Of a stretch of DNA of 64,000 bases, positions 1-15,350 are shown piece after piece; position 1 is the stretch's first letter; each line of letters starts with the position of its first letter. The DNA comes from Eledone cirrhosa (taxonomy: Eukaryota). The notes under the pieces are model-generated. The model did not search any database and was not told the DNA's origin. It saw nothing but the letters and a program-made list of their open reading frames with translations. Location of the stretch: contig OZ024740.1 of NCBI GenBank assembly GCA_964016885.1, positions 119,660,001 through 119,724,000 of the forward strand, written 5' to 3'. The position numbers and the translations under genes are program-made.

Positions 1-1959
1 TACATACACTGAAATTGAAAAGGAAACATACCAATTGCTTTTTCACAAGATACTTGTGTTAAAGAATTTTAAATTCATAATTAGACAAAGTAAATATTGG
101 AATATTTTCAAACTAGATGCTGTGATCTAGAATTGGATTAGGAACAAGCTGTTGTTCTATTGACATCTATTATTGGCTTCCATACAATATACTGCATTGA
201 ATTATTCTTTCATTTTACTGTTAATTGGAACTACTTGATTTAAATATATGCTGTTCAAGTGAAAACAATGTAAATAAGTAAATTATTGAATTAATAAAGT
301 AAATCAAACAAAATTCTAACATTATTTTCTAGCTTATTATTTTTTGTAATGTTACCTTTATTTTAAAACAATGTTAATTGTTGTCATTTCTTGCTTTGAA
401 TTCTTCAATTCTAAATGAATTCTTTGTTAATATTCTTTGTAAAACTTTTAATTTAGTTTTGTTGTGCAATGTTTCCATCTTTTATGATATACATGTGAGT
501 TTGAAATAACTTAGTAAATAGAAAAGGAAAAATTTACGTTTATGGTCTGACTTATTTTCTGTTGAGTAATTATATTGGGTTTGCACGTCTTTACTTTTTC
601 ATCTTATTTAGTAAAACAATTTATCACTGATAATGAAATTAAACTGTGGAACATTGTGTATAAAGGGAGTTAAATTTTAATTTTATATCCATCCTCCAAG
701 TGAACCTAGGTGGAATATGTAGTGGTAAAATTTATTAACATATTGTTGGTGCAATAGATTTTATTCTCTTATTAGTAACCACTCATTCATGAAATAGGAG
801 CAGTATCTGCAAGTCTCATAACTGTGGTTACTTCGGTCTGTCTTAGTTGAATGATTAGCAGTCTGAAGATCATTCAGCTGTTAAAATGTTCCAAAACAAG
901 CGGTTCAATAATATGCAAATGTAGAAATTTACAAAAACCTATATTAGCATGAAAAAATAGTTTTAAGCCAATAAAAAAGTCTAACAGATATTTATATATT
1001 ATAAACTAGCAGATGTAGATGAATCGTTATCATAAAATTGTACATTTCACATTTCAGTACTATTTATTCACTCTATGTAAATTTTGGTATTTAAATTGTT
1101 TATTACACATCTAAATTTTCGATAACTGTGTTTGGTTTTGTAGTTTGGTACAGTGTGTTTTACATAGAAACATAACAGAAAGAATAGATATAAACTAGAC
1201 ATTAAATATATATGCACCATCCCATAACATGCTAAAATTTTGTTCGAAACTGAATTTCCCCATCATTTTATCAGATAAATTCCATTTCGTCCTTGATGCA
1301 GCTGTGACCTCTGATGTCTCTAGTTCCTGGATTAACACTTTTCCCCAACAAATCAGGTTGTGTGGGTTCATTATTGTGGAAGGTTCTCTGGGAAGCAGAT
1401 TGATTGATACAGCAGATATTGCAGGCAGTTTATATAAAGTTTATTTACTAAAGTGACTATTGTAAAATTTGACTTAAGGATTTCTAACTTTGGCACAAGG
1501 ACATGCATTTGTGGTAAAGGAAAATCAATTATATTGATCACTAGTATGTAGCTGGTACCATATTTTATTGACTTCCAAAATGTGTAATGGAAAGTTAGCA
1601 AGATTTAAATTAAAAACATAAAGAGACATAGACAAATACCTATATACATATTATCTTAATACTATTGATCAATCATGTGGGAAACTAATAGGACACCATT
1701 TATTTTCTTTAGGTGATTCTTACTAGAAGAATTTTGTAGCCATCACTTTTAGTTAAAAATAGAGTAATAAAGTGTTTTCCATCAAGGAAAAGACACATAT
1801 TTTTATCCTATATTTTTATGAAATTATTGTATGACCAACTCTCTTATTGTTATATACAAAAAACAAACAAAAGAAAAACAGACAATTAAATGAGACAACC
1901 AGCCATCGACCAACCAGCATTTTACTAGAAGCTCCTTTCTTCTTGCTATTTGGTAAAGA

Positions 1960-2170
1960 AGAGCTAGGAAATAAAAGTAGAAGGAACCTAGACTAAAAAA
2001 AGCCTAGTGAAGCCTACTGAAGCCACAGGAAGCTGATATCAGGTGGCTGAACCTCATGAAAGCAATGACAATGGAATGCAACAAGAGGCAACAGGCTACT
2101 CTAAGAAGAAATGTCCAAGCCATGCAAGCATGGGAAAATGGGCTTTGTATGATGATGATGATGATAATCA
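1960..2170 (+). mobile_element. Degenerate RTE-clade LINE 3' end
   Basis: Ends in GTCCAAGCCATGCAAGCATGG...(GAT)n, the tail seen on the RTE copies at 19058-19118 and 52906-52962. Confidence 0.55.
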
Positions 2171-2651
2171 CATAGAAAGATGTGTTTGCAAATACAAACC
2201 AGTGTCTATTGTGCATTTTAATGCATTATTGATTATTATATTCTATCATTATACAGTTTCTGATAAATAAATTCTGTGCCTCTTCAATGCATTTTCTTTT
2301 ACCCCCTACATAAATACGTTTGATAAAATGTTCATACATTAAATTAACTCTTGAATATCATATATTTATATTAAGAAAAGTGAAGTTTTGTTTACATGTT
2401 TTCACTGATCATGGACCTGTTACATATATTTCACAGATCATTGGCTCAATGTCCCCTATAGAAGCTATGAATCTGACTCTAGTATCCATCGGATCATCAG
2501 ACTTGTTGACAAAAAATTCAGAGTATGCTCGAGGTGATTGGTAAAGCGTTGGATTTATATAATCTCCAGCTAATTTTTGTGGGGATGTGTGTGTATGTAA
2601 TTGTTTGAGTTTGTGGGTGTGTTCACTTTTGTGTGTGCATGTTTGTACATG

Positions 2652-2682
<31 letters not shown>

Positions 2683-5101
2683 ATGTAGATGTGGATGTGT
2701 GAGAACTGGAGGGGTTTGGTCAGTTAGATATCCACTATAAGCCACTACCATATGGAAATCACAATATTCAAAGCAAGAGAGGCAACAATAACCTCCCTCA
2801 AAAGGAATGGTGTGGAACGTGATAAGGTTAGACAGTGGTGACAGGTTATAATTGCTGGTCAAGTGGCAATAACCAGAACAACAACTACAACAGACAATGA
2901 CAACTTCACCAACATAAACAGCAACAACAGCAGTACCAGAATAAACACCAACAAACAGACACAGTAGTAACTAGATATTTGTCTGAAAGTGAAGATACAA
3001 GAAAACAGTATTGTTACATGAGCTAGATATAAGTAAATGAAGACCAAATTCAAGTTGATGGAATGGCATGTGAGGTGATGTAGTGGGTGAAATGGGGAGG
3101 CTCAAGAGAGGATATGAGAAAGATGAAGCTAAGAATTGGAGAGGGTAGTGACACAGAGCTAATGCTCTAAACATAAGCAAAGAGAAGCTGAACTCTCCAT
3201 CTTGCTTCTTTTTGTCTATAACTCTTCCTACCTTCACTCTTTTATAATTACCTTCCTCCACTTTGTCTGCCATATATCCTTGACTTCCAGCCCCACTACA
3301 TCACCATTTTATGTTGAGCATCCTTCTCTCACCATGTTATGTCATCACCCACATCTTTTATTTACTTGCCTACTGGCAAAGTAACAGCACCCATTATTTT
3401 CATCACCTTTCTTCATTTTCAGATGAAGCGTAATATCTGAAACATTTGATTCTACACACCTCAAAAGAAACGGATTCATAAAACAACTCAATCTTAAGGT
3501 GAACTGATATGTCTTTTGGAATCTTTATCAGATTTTATCAAACCACATAGTCTCTGATAGGCATGAATACTTGGTATATTGCTGCTTTTGCCATAATTAA
3601 ATTCATATAGTATATTTATGTGTATGACAAATAGTTAAAACGACTACTATGTTTTGTTTAGATTAGCTGTAGGACTTCTTAAGTGGCACTTGTAGTTTTA
3701 TAAACTATCTTTAAAAAATAAAGCTAAACAAAACATCAAAATAAATGGAAGCCTGACATCAAATACAATTGCATCATCCTATGGCGCATGTCTGAAAAGT
3801 GTATTCATAAAACATATAACCGTCATACATGCTATATTGCATAAATTCAAAAGACTCTAACTCTCTCTGTCAATAAATTCTATTTGATTTTATCTGGCAA
3901 CATATTAAATTATTATGACACATTATTATGAAACAGTCATATATCTGACAATGTTTATGAAACATCAGAAATATGTCTATGGCAAACGTGGTATTTTATA
4001 TAACCAATGTTTTGTTTGAAGTATATTAAAGATTCCTGATGATGCAAGATAATTGTGAACTGTAAATATTCAGAGCAAATTTATATTTGATAATATATTC
4101 ATCATCATCATAATCACACTCATTATCATCATCATTAACCCTTTACTCTTTTGCTGTTTCCAGTCAATACACCTTCACTTCCTTTTAATTTATAATATCA
4201 AACCCAGTGCTTTTTTTAAGTCAACTACTTTCTGGTCTTCTCCTTATTTATGAGGGCATCATATCTAACATTCTCTTCCTATTCAATATACCTATAGCTG
4301 TCATCAGATTAATAACATTTGAACTCACAAAATTTCATTCCAGCATATATTGAACAATGGGTAAAGAGGTCCAATTGCTTTTTTGAATGGTTAACATTTG
4401 ACCCATAAAACTTTGGGTCATCAAAAAAGATGACACACACACACACACACATACATACATACACAGTATGCTTATATTCATATAGTGCAGCTTTGGTGTT
4501 GCCCTCTAACTTATAATTTAGACAAATATAGATCAATAAAATAAGAATCAGACATTAAAAAATTAAATACTGGGGCAATATCATTGATTGAACCCTAATA
4601 TTTCAAGTGTCCAATGAGTGAAACCAGCAACAAAATCTATAGTAATCGCTGCCACTTTCAGAATCAAGGCAGAATGCATACTACAATTTTACAACATTAC
4701 TGCTACTTATACAATTTAGACAATTATTTACAATTCCAACCCATTGAAATGACACTTATTCTGTTGGATCACTTCTAAGCCACTCAGTGTTTGTATGGTT
4801 TCAAGGTTGTTCTATGCTTTTTAGATTCTTTTCATTCTTTTTATATCCAAACTCATCATTTATATTTGATTATGTCTGCATGTAGGTATAAACATACTTG
4901 TAAACACATAACTTTATACACACACACATATATATGAAACCCATGCAAACGGGGAAAAATGAATGTAAAACAGTGATTATGAGGATGATGAGGATGTGAG
5001 TGTGTGTGTGTGTGCTTATGTATATATATATATGTACACATACATATATAACTACATGCACTTTTTTTCTCTATATATATATATATTTATATATTTATAT
5101 A

Positions 5102-5141
<40 letters not shown>

Positions 5142-5918
5142 TATGTATATTACATATGCAGAGTACTCCCAAAATGTATATATACTTTGTACAGGCAATA
5201 TTTATTTGCATTCTGTTAAAGTATGTATACATTTTTATGGGACACCCTGTATATATATAATACTTTCATTTGCAGTTTGACAGACATTAATTCTTGACAG
5301 TTTGACATAATATCAGTTATGCAACTGGTATAGGAAATAGCTAATCTTTATTATTGTTTACATACATACCTAAACACATAAACACCCACATATGTTACAC
5401 ATAATCATTTCCTTTGTGTAATTTTATATTTTATGTAATGCAGTATGAAGCAATGGAACAACAAAGAATGAATAAGTGCCAGCAGGAGAATTAAAAGGAA
5501 AGTCTATTTGTAATTCTCTCTGTACCTGTAACTAATCAGCATCTGTATTAGTTACATTGCTTAAACACCAATGTTCCTTTCTTTCTCTCTCTTTCTCTCC
5601 CTTTCTCTCTCTCTCATTCACTGTCTCTTTCACTATTTATTTATTTTTTCAGTCACTCTGTTTAATATTAATAAGCTACCTTTTGTATTGATTAATTTCT
5701 TCAGTTAATGTTTAGCTGTCTTTAAATATAAGAACACATATCCATACATATATATTCCCATAGAGACAGATATATGTCTATGTTTAAATATGTAAGCATA
5801 TTTATTCTCAACATAGGCCTAATTCATTCCTCTTGTGTGAGAAAAAAAGAAACATGTGAGGTATACACAGTCACACACATATCTATCTAACTATATATAT
5901 GTGTGTGTGTGTGTGTAT

Positions 5919-6059
<141 letters not shown>

Positions 6060-6639
6060 CAGCAAATACATAATAATTCAAAACAATATATTTCTCATAT
6101 ATATTGAATTATCTATATCTGCAGACATCTGTTTTGCAGTGTCTTCTGGTATCTTTGTAAAGTGCTTGATAATTTATTAATCGTTATATTCAAATATTCC
6201 AGGTTGCAAATTTAATATAAATATAAAGATAGTGAGGTATGAAAATATAAACAAGTGGGAAAAGCATTCTGTTATTGTTTTCGTACAAAGAGATTGCCTA
6301 TACATGCATCATGGGTAATTGATTGTTCATCAGTAGACAACTACCCATTCGCTTCTGCCCACTAAGTGTTATAACTACATGAAATTTATCTAAGATTTTC
6401 TAATAGAGAAATAGATATTTATACTCAACATGCTCAAAGTTGATTCACACTGTGCAGTAAGAGAGGTAGCAAAGTAACAAGTGAGAAATATTATTCACAC
6501 ACACATATGTACACATACACACACACACATACAAAATGGCTGAGAGAATACACGCGTGTTTTTTTCAAAAGGTTTTTTTTACATTCCTTTTTATGCTCAC
6601 TCTCTATCTTTCTATTTAATCTTTTATTTCTCCTTTTAA

Positions 6640-6673
6640 CTTCTGATGAAGGGCAAGTCTCTGAAACATTAAG
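6640..6673 (+). ncRNA. Minimal type I hammerhead motif, decayed (same family as 32438-32473)
   Basis: ctt-CTGATGA-agggcaagtctct-GAAAC-ATT-aag; the G of the GTT triplet is A here; downstream aagactctttt matches the 32438 copy. Confidence 0.5.
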
Positions 6674-6746
6674 ACTCTTTTCCTAATATATCAAGCATTA
6701 ATCTAATATATTTCTTCATTTACTTTGTTATTTCTATAAATTTTGC

Positions 6747-6777
<31 letters not shown>

Positions 6778-7360
6778 TTATTTTTCCTTGGGAAATAAAT
6801 AATAACCCATGGCAATACATTTTTTTCATAAATATTTATTTATTTATATGTTCGGACAGATGTTTCAAGATATCTTTCCATATCAGTGCAAGTTTTTACT
6901 AATTAATTATGTTATATTCAAATATTTCAAGTTGGAAGATGATTAGATGATAATTGAGAATTGTTTGCAATAAAACTGTGCTGCATCATTCTCATAAAGA
7001 TGGAAAACATTAAATTTAATACATTTTTTTTTAATAGCAAAATTATTAATGAAACACAAATACTAGGATTTTAAATGTCTCATTGTCTCAATATAAGCAG
7101 GATGAAACACAAACATTTTCTGTTCATCAGTTGCTCATACTAAGTGACTTCTTTTGGCACTATGTGGCTATAAATTGAGTTATACTACTCCCAGCAGCAT
7201 GATATTTGACTCTACAGTAAATGCTAACCCTATGTGTTGGCAATTTTACTTTTTAGGTATGATCATTACCTGCACTATGGTGTGTAGTATTGTTAGTTAG
7301 TCATTGACACTTCACTGGGTTCACCAATCTTATTAACATGCATTATTTTTGTCCTGAGTG

Positions 7361-7512
7361 GGTGGATTGGCAGAATCAGTAGAGGGTCAGATGTCATGCT
7401 TTGCAGCACAGAGTTACAGTCCTTTTTTGTCTGAGTTCAAATCTTACCAAGGTTAACTTTGCTTTCATCATTATAGGGTCAATAAAATAAAGCACCAGTA
7501 ATGCACTGGGAT
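7361..7512 (+). mobile_element. Degenerate tRNA-derived SINE (abundant octopus-type family)
   Basis: TGGCAGAATC head, B-box-like GAGTTCAAATC, then ACTTTGCTTTCATC...GGGTCAATAAA...ACCAGT body shared with the copies at 25690, 35722 and 42765. Confidence 0.65.
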
Positions 7513-7784
7513 AATTGTTGGCCTTTAATGGCCCTGTACCTCAGGCTAGCCTACTGCACTAGTTTATTGACCAACAATTTAGACTATGTAACAGATTGAG
7601 TGCATAATATATTACCTGAAACATTCACACACAATCTGATATATTATAGTCAAGACACTTTTGAAAAATCTTGATACATACGTAGATAATACATAGAAGC
7701 ACAGGCTGTTACCCAAAGCCTGATGCACATAGACACAGTCAGAAAGATATAGGGACAGAAACAACACACACACACACACACACG

Positions 7785-7834
<50 letters not shown>

Positions 7835-7974
7835 ATAATAAAGAAAATGAGGTGTTAAATCTTCAATATATTTATTGAGGTGTGATGCATGTTTTGTGAT
7901 TGATCAGCTCAAGGTTCAATCTGTATCGATCACACTCAACTCTGGAATCAAAAGCTCATTGGACTTCTGTTATG

Positions 7975-8315
7975 GAAATAAACCCAACACTCGTCCTGGG
8001 TTAAAAAAAACATTCAAGAAACTAGCTGGATCTGCTTCAAAAAATGTTAGATATTCCCACGATGTGATCAACCTGTGTGCTTTTGGTCAGGTATCAGATA
8101 ATGTGACACCCAATGAGCAGAAAGCTCTGTCATACCAAGTTCATTGTGCAGCATATTTTCAACTCTCTCACAGAATATGCTAATAGCATTGGGTATTTGA
8201 TTTATAGTCAATTGCCTGTAATCCATCACCATGCTGTGTACAGGAACAATCTTTTCTCCAGTAATGGCAGTTGCAATATGACCAGACCTTGGGTCAAATT
8301 CAAGATGCTTATTTC
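7975..8315 (-). pseudogene. Mariner (Tc1/mariner) transposase fragment
   Basis: Translation DPRSG...ENMLHNELGMTELSAHWVSHYLIPDQK matches the mariner HTH plus WVPxxL linker; disrupted by stops and frameshifts. Confidence 0.85.
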
Positions 8316-8341
8316 TATCATCTAAATTTGTTTTATAAATA

Positions 8342-8379
<38 letters not shown>

Positions 8380-11300
8380 TATCGTATGTGTGCATATATC
8401 TACAGATATCTGTGTGTATATATGTATTTGATGCAACCTTATAGTTTCTTCTTATGTATTATATATATGTATATATATATATATATATATATACAGACAT
8501 ACACACTAACATTACTATAATCACATACTTTACATCATTTCTTTTTGTCTATCTTTTTTCTGAGTTTAAATCTTGAAGTCATCACATTTGCTTGTCATCC
8601 CTACAATATTGCTTTTGTTGTTCATCTCTTCAAAGTTCAATTTACCTTTCATCTCTTTGATCATAATAATGTGAGCATCATTTATGCACTAGTGTCAATT
8701 CACTTGCCTATACTTTACTTCTACAAATACATAACTGTGGGCCTCTCAAACAAATCATTAATAGAAAAGGTGATGATGCTACAGAATTTTTTAATGTAGT
8801 TAACTAAATAACTTATAATATTTAATTTTAGACTGTGATTTCGAAATCTCCTACTTTTCATGTTGCTTTAAATACTTCCAAATGTTATTATCACAAATAT
8901 AATTGTTTAATGTCTTAGTCAGAGAAGTAAGACTCCAAGTTGCTCCAAGGCTATCGTAGAAAAGAATTAACCAAGGTGTCATGTAGGGAGATGGAACCCT
9001 AAACCATATTATTTCAAAACAAACATCGCAAGCACACCCTCATGTCTGTGCCTATAAGGAGAAACAAATTAATAGTTTTTTTCTAAAAAAGGGTTAATTG
9101 CAATCAGCTATCAAACAATAGAAAATCGAAGACGAAAATAATATACCTTCTGCATTATGAGCTGTTTTCAATGAATTAAAAATGATCGTTTTAAATTTTA
9201 TTATATTGTTAATAATTTTAATAAAGCAATTTATTTTCTTTACATACACTCCCTTGTGCCCAATAAGTTTAATCATAAAGAAATGTATTAATTTAACTCA
9301 AATATATTACTTAGCTGTGTTATATTTGCTTTTACTGCTAATATCCAATGAATTCAATACATGTGATGATGGCCTTTCAGTAAATATTACTTTAATGATT
9401 TCATAACATCTTCTACATTGAAATAAAGAAATACAATACTTATAGGGTGTGATAATTTGCTTAAAACATTGTGGAATATGAATATGAAAACTGGGTATGT
9501 TTAAAATGTTGGACAAAGCAAGTTGGTTAGAGTTTTCCTTTGTAATTGCCTAATATAGTCATCATATAATGAATTAGAAATACATATTTAGAAAACAAAA
9601 TAATAATAGTGACTTAAACTATTTTATCTTAGTGTGTTCTAATTTTAGGCTTTATCCTGATCAGCTATATATTTTGAGTCCTCTAAGATAAATAATATAC
9701 ATTTCTATCATGGGCATAAAGGAATTGAATTTAGGGATAGTTAGAGTGTAATTTCCTATATATTCTTATACCAGAGTCTGGTGGGTACTTTTTATTGATC
9801 CCATAATAATTAATGGTAAAGTCAATTTTAGCAGCATTTGTGCTCACAACATACATATAACTAAATACCATAAGGTATTTTTCTGCTTCTCAACTGAAAT
9901 TACTGATACTTGGTCAATAATATTAGTAATCCATTAAAAAGAAATCAGTACTTTTTGCTAATTACTAATATCATTGAATTTATATTTCTTTTATAAATTT
10001 CTTACCTATGTTTTATTAAAATGTTCAAATTTTCATCTTATTTTTTTATTATTATTTATTTTTGCTAAATCGTTATTTGCAAATTCCATCTCAGTATCCC
10101 TAATATTATGACTCAGATTCTTTGATGTAGGAAAAGCAATGTAGGTCCAAACATATAGAATTTCCTTCACAATATGGCCCCACAGAACAAAAGCTCAATA
10201 AACCTCACAAATTTAATACAAAATATAGATTCATAGTCAATTTGTTTCCGTATTTCATTGTTTATTGTTTTTTCTAGATATATATTTCTAATTTATTATG
10301 TGATGAAAAGCTTGATATCAGGCAATTTGTCTTTATGATGGTAAATTTCAAAATGCATTTCAATCTCTTATTCAAGTTAAACCTCAGTATTACAAAGAGG
10401 AATTATGCCCTCCTAATGCAAATATATCCATATTATAAGCCAGAGAATAATATTCTTATTTTTTAATGCCTACATTTACAAACATTTTTATTGGAGAAAT
10501 ATTTCACTAAATTTTGTATGAATTGCATTAAAAAATGTGGTTGTAGTTAAATCTATTAACTGGAATCCAACAGATTTGAATCCTTTTGAGAAACAAAGTC
10601 TTTGATGATTTCTCTGTCATAGACTGTATGTGGTCATGCCAACAGTTTCCAGTTTTATTTGAAGGAAAACATGAATAGCTATGTCAAAAGTCAGTTAGAA
10701 ATATAGCATCAATTTCATCTAAACATAAAGGAGAACAGAATAGGATATGGAGATTTATATTTCGTCAAAGAATTTTTATTCTAAATGTCTCTGGAAAATA
10801 TTGCCTAATCCAATAACATGTACAAATTCTGAAATAAATGGGTTTCTGTTAATAATAGCTAATCAGCAATAATTAACAATCAGCACATTATGAATTAGAT
10901 GAATATACCATTAGTCTAGAAGATCTAATATCTAACATCCTCCTATTTTTTAAATTTTTACAGCAGTTCTGTTTCTGATCATAAGGAAATAAATATACAG
11001 AATCATAGCCATGTCTTCATAGCAGGCTATAACATTACTTCAATGTCCTAGAGTAATATCGTATATGTGCCAAGTAGTTGATCTCCGTGATGGTGAATGC
11101 TTTTTATTTCATGTACCTAAGAAATGATTATTAGATTTTACACTATTATTCTTTATTTTGAAAGTTATAAATAGTAAATACATACCAAATCTATTGTGCC
11201 GTTGGGGTCTCTGTGAAGGCAAATGTTCCATGTATATTATTTGCAACAAATATTATTTCACAGGAAAGCAATGTGTGGTTATTTTCGAGAATCACTGCTG

Positions 11301-11436
11301 ATGTAGGTGGTATATGTTCATATATCATATTGACAATATGTTTACCATTTATTAGATATATATATTTGTTGCCTATTGGCTGCTCCTTGATTGAAAACAA
11401 ATATATTAAATATTTATTAATCTTACCATACATACT

Positions 11437-11467
<31 letters not shown>

Positions 11468-11469
<2 letters not shown>

Positions 11470-11576
11470 CGAAGGAAATGTGGTAAGGAACCAGGTCGAC
11501 CATAACGCACCAAAGTACTCAATACTTAGGGTAGTAGAGTGAGTAAGAGGAACGAGTAGGGCCCCTACTCGTTCCT
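11468..11576 (-). mobile_element. Mini PLE-derived insertion: post-hammerhead segment with 14-bp fold-back, in (TA)n
   Basis: Homologous to 12965-13062; perfect inverted repeat 11548-11561/11563-11576. Confidence 0.85.
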
Positions 11577-12199
11577 ATATATATATATATATATATATAT
11601 CATAAATCATGTCCTTAGAATCACTAGATAAAATATATACCATATGAAAACCTTTATATATATATATATATATATATGCTTTGTTATGTCTCAATGTGCA
11701 CTGGAATGAACCTTAATGTACTGAAATTCTAGTGATTCCCTGAGTTTAACTGAGGAGATGGGATTGTCCATGCTCCATTGTTTCTTCCTTGTCTTGTCAA
11801 ACCCCCTTTTTTGAATATATATATATATATACAGGGTGGTGCATAATTAGTTTACCAGCTTACTGTTAATTTGAGAAATGTACATACAAAAGAAATAGTA
11901 ATATGAAACCTTATTTCATAATGAATGCATAGGCAATTCATGTAAGTTTATATAATTACATGAAATTCCAAAGTGCTGCCATAATTAGATTTCTTTGAAA
12001 TCATCTTCAACTACTTTGTTAAGGCATGAGTAACTATAATAAACAGTAAGGCACTGGGAACTGAGTATTGATGTACATCTATTTGCACCTTAAATACCTT
12101 TTATAAATTGTCATTCTGTTAATGGTATGTTTGAGCATGGTATTTCAGGCTCATGCAAGGCATTTATCTACACATAATGTTTGTACCAATCACCATACT

Positions 12200-12825
<626 letters not shown>

Positions 12826-12903
12826 GTCACCTCACCCAGCATTTCTCAGTACAGAATAACTCATCTAATGCATGCTAGCATGGTTAAATGGACGTTAATG
12901 GTG

Positions 12904-12966
<63 letters not shown>

Positions 12967-13057
12967 CGAAGGGAATGTGGTAACGAACCAGGTGGACCAT
13001 AAGGCACCAAAGTACTCAATACTTAGGGTAGTAGAGTGGGTAATAGGAACAAGTAAG

Positions 13058-13151
13058 ACCCCGACGGCTGAGCTCAAGCCGTTTTGACGGCTAATTCTGG
13101 ACTGAATGAAAATTTATTCTGGTATTTAAATAGCCGAGCTTATCAAGGGGT
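13058..13151 (-). ncRNA. Type I hammerhead (U3-A8 core) with G12A substitution
   Basis: acccc-TTGATAA-stem II-AAAAC-GGCTTGAGCTCAGCC-GTC-ggggt; the conserved G of GAAA is A (position 13085). Confidence 0.75.
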
Positions 13152-14229
13152 AATTCCATATATGGTCAAAGAGACACTCACCAGGATTGGTCACATCACA
13201 AGTTAGTAGTAAATCGGTGATGGCAAGTTGGTGGGGGAAGGGGTAGCTAAACCTGCCGGTAGGAGAAAAAGGGAGAGGGGCTGGAGTAGACCCATTCATG
13301 CGTTGGTAGTGCCAGCTACAGCTGGGCGTGAGGTCAAATGGATACTGGGGAGGGGGAGGAGGAGGAATTCGAAACGGTAAGTAGAACAATGAAGGGTAAA
13401 ACTATAAACAGTACTGAGAGAGAAAAAAAAAAGCAAAGTCTGGTTACTAAGACTTAAGTCTCTCGCTATTGCTAGGCTACATAAATAAATAAACAAATAC
13501 GTGAATAAAAGAATAGATAAATAAATTTAAAAATATATATAATGAAGAATAAAATACTAAAGAGACTGCCACGAAATAATAAAGGTTTCTACCCCAATCA
13601 CAGGGCCAGCAACCACCCAGTGCAAGAAAGTAAACTAGTACGAGAATATAATTTAGGGTCCCGCAAAAAAATACTAGTGCTAACTCTAAGGGTACCGCCA
13701 CGAAACGAAAAGTCTTATACACGCTACATGAAAGATCGTACGAAGTAAAAGTAAAGAACGGAAAATTAATACAGAACCCCCCCCCCCCCCCTCCCCAACA
13801 AAAGGGAAAAATAAGAAAGAAATACTGGATAAACGAGAAATTTAAGCAAAGATGCCACTAAGAAATATAGAAGGCACGGAAAAAATGGACATCGGTCGGA
13901 GAAGGGGGCAAGTATCCGAAGTCTAACACCTCTGCTATAAAAAGGGGAATCAGCCAAATCTATCATAGAATAGGGGAAGGGGGTGAGGGTGTTGAAGCTA
14001 CAAGGGACCGAGGGGCTACCTCGGGTGGGCGAGAAAAAGACGACAACAAAGAAAAGGAACTGGGGTAGAAGGACTAGGGAGGGATGGGGGGAAGAAGGAA
14101 ATATAGAGGAAGCGATAAAAGAATGTAAAAGAAGGTCTTACGTCTCCATTGGCAAGCAGGGGTTACCCATTACAAAATAGGCAAGTGGAGTGTTATAGCC
14201 CTAGTATACCCCCCCCCCCCCCGGGTCAT

Positions 14230-15350
14230 TATAGGGTTTGAGGGCGAGGTAGGTGCTATGTAATCGGTGTTTACATGCAGTAACCAGTTCATCTTACTTG
14301 TTTAGGAGTTGGTCCGTCGAAAACAGCATTTGTAAAGTTTCCTCCAAGCATAAATTGCACGGACGGCGTCCTCCGGTGTAAGAGTTGGCTCTGGACAGTA
14401 ATTTCCAAGTGAGATCATAGTTGATGTTGTTGTCCTTGAGGTCCCATATGTGGCCCGAAAGTGTAGTGGCGTGACGCCGGGCCAGGTTTCGGAAGGTATG
14501 TCTGTGTTGGTATAGCCGGGTCTTGAAGTCACATGCGGTTAATCCTATATAAGCTTTGTTGGAGGTGTCCGTGCTCACGTTGCACTAGTAGATCACATTA
14601 CGGTCTCTGCATCTGTTGTCGAGGGGGCAACTGTATCTATCAGGACAATTGCACCTCCTGGTCGGCTCTCCACTGCTATTTGGGTTGTTTCTTCCATCGG
14701 GGTTGAGCTTTTTGTTGTTGGAGGAGACGATGTTTTGTGCGAAGTTAGGTGTAGTGCCGTAAGAGAGTTTGCTGGTATTTTTGTTAATTATGTTGTGGTA
14801 GCGGTGTTGTGGTGGGAAGTGTTTTTCAATGAGCCTAAAGAAAATTTTCCCGATGGGAGTTGTCACCTCGGCCTTGTGGGGAGGATTGAACCATGTTACA
14901 TTGCGTGAGCGGTGGTGTCGCCTGCTGGTTCCGCTAATGGGAGCTGGACAGTAGGATATTTCCTCCCGGAAACCACTCCGCTTGAGGGCCTGGTTGTAGT
15001 AAGGCGCATGTCCATCGAATATCTTCTCGTTAGCTGACAAACGGGATATGCGGAGGGAGATGTTTTTGACCAGGTTGTTGGTGAGGTTCCTAGGATGGTT
15101 AGATCGGCGGTGGATGTAGTGCAGGTTGTCATTGGGTTTCCTGTATGGGTAGTACAGGTCATTATTGAGATCAAGGGTAACGTCCATGAAATTAACTCGG
15201 GTCAGGGACGTTTGTAGGGTTATTTTAAATCCCCAGTCGCGGAAGAAGCTGATTAATTGTTTACGGACCCGATCTGTACTACTGGGGTTGTACCCTTTAA
15301 GGGTAAGGAGTACAATCCACGGTACAATCCACCACCGAAAGCAGGAAACA
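14230..15350 (-). pseudogene. PLE RT thumb + linker + GIY-YIG endonuclease, disrupted
   Basis: ORFs 14585-15361 and 14294-14578 are in frame, separated by TAG; another stop follows LLNK; the YRDD motif is destroyed near 15311-15332. Confidence 0.9.

Noticed and set aside
10558-10605. WNPTDLNPFE resembling the Tc1 SPDLNPIE motif
   Set aside because: No flanking transposase similarity and an immediate stop codon.
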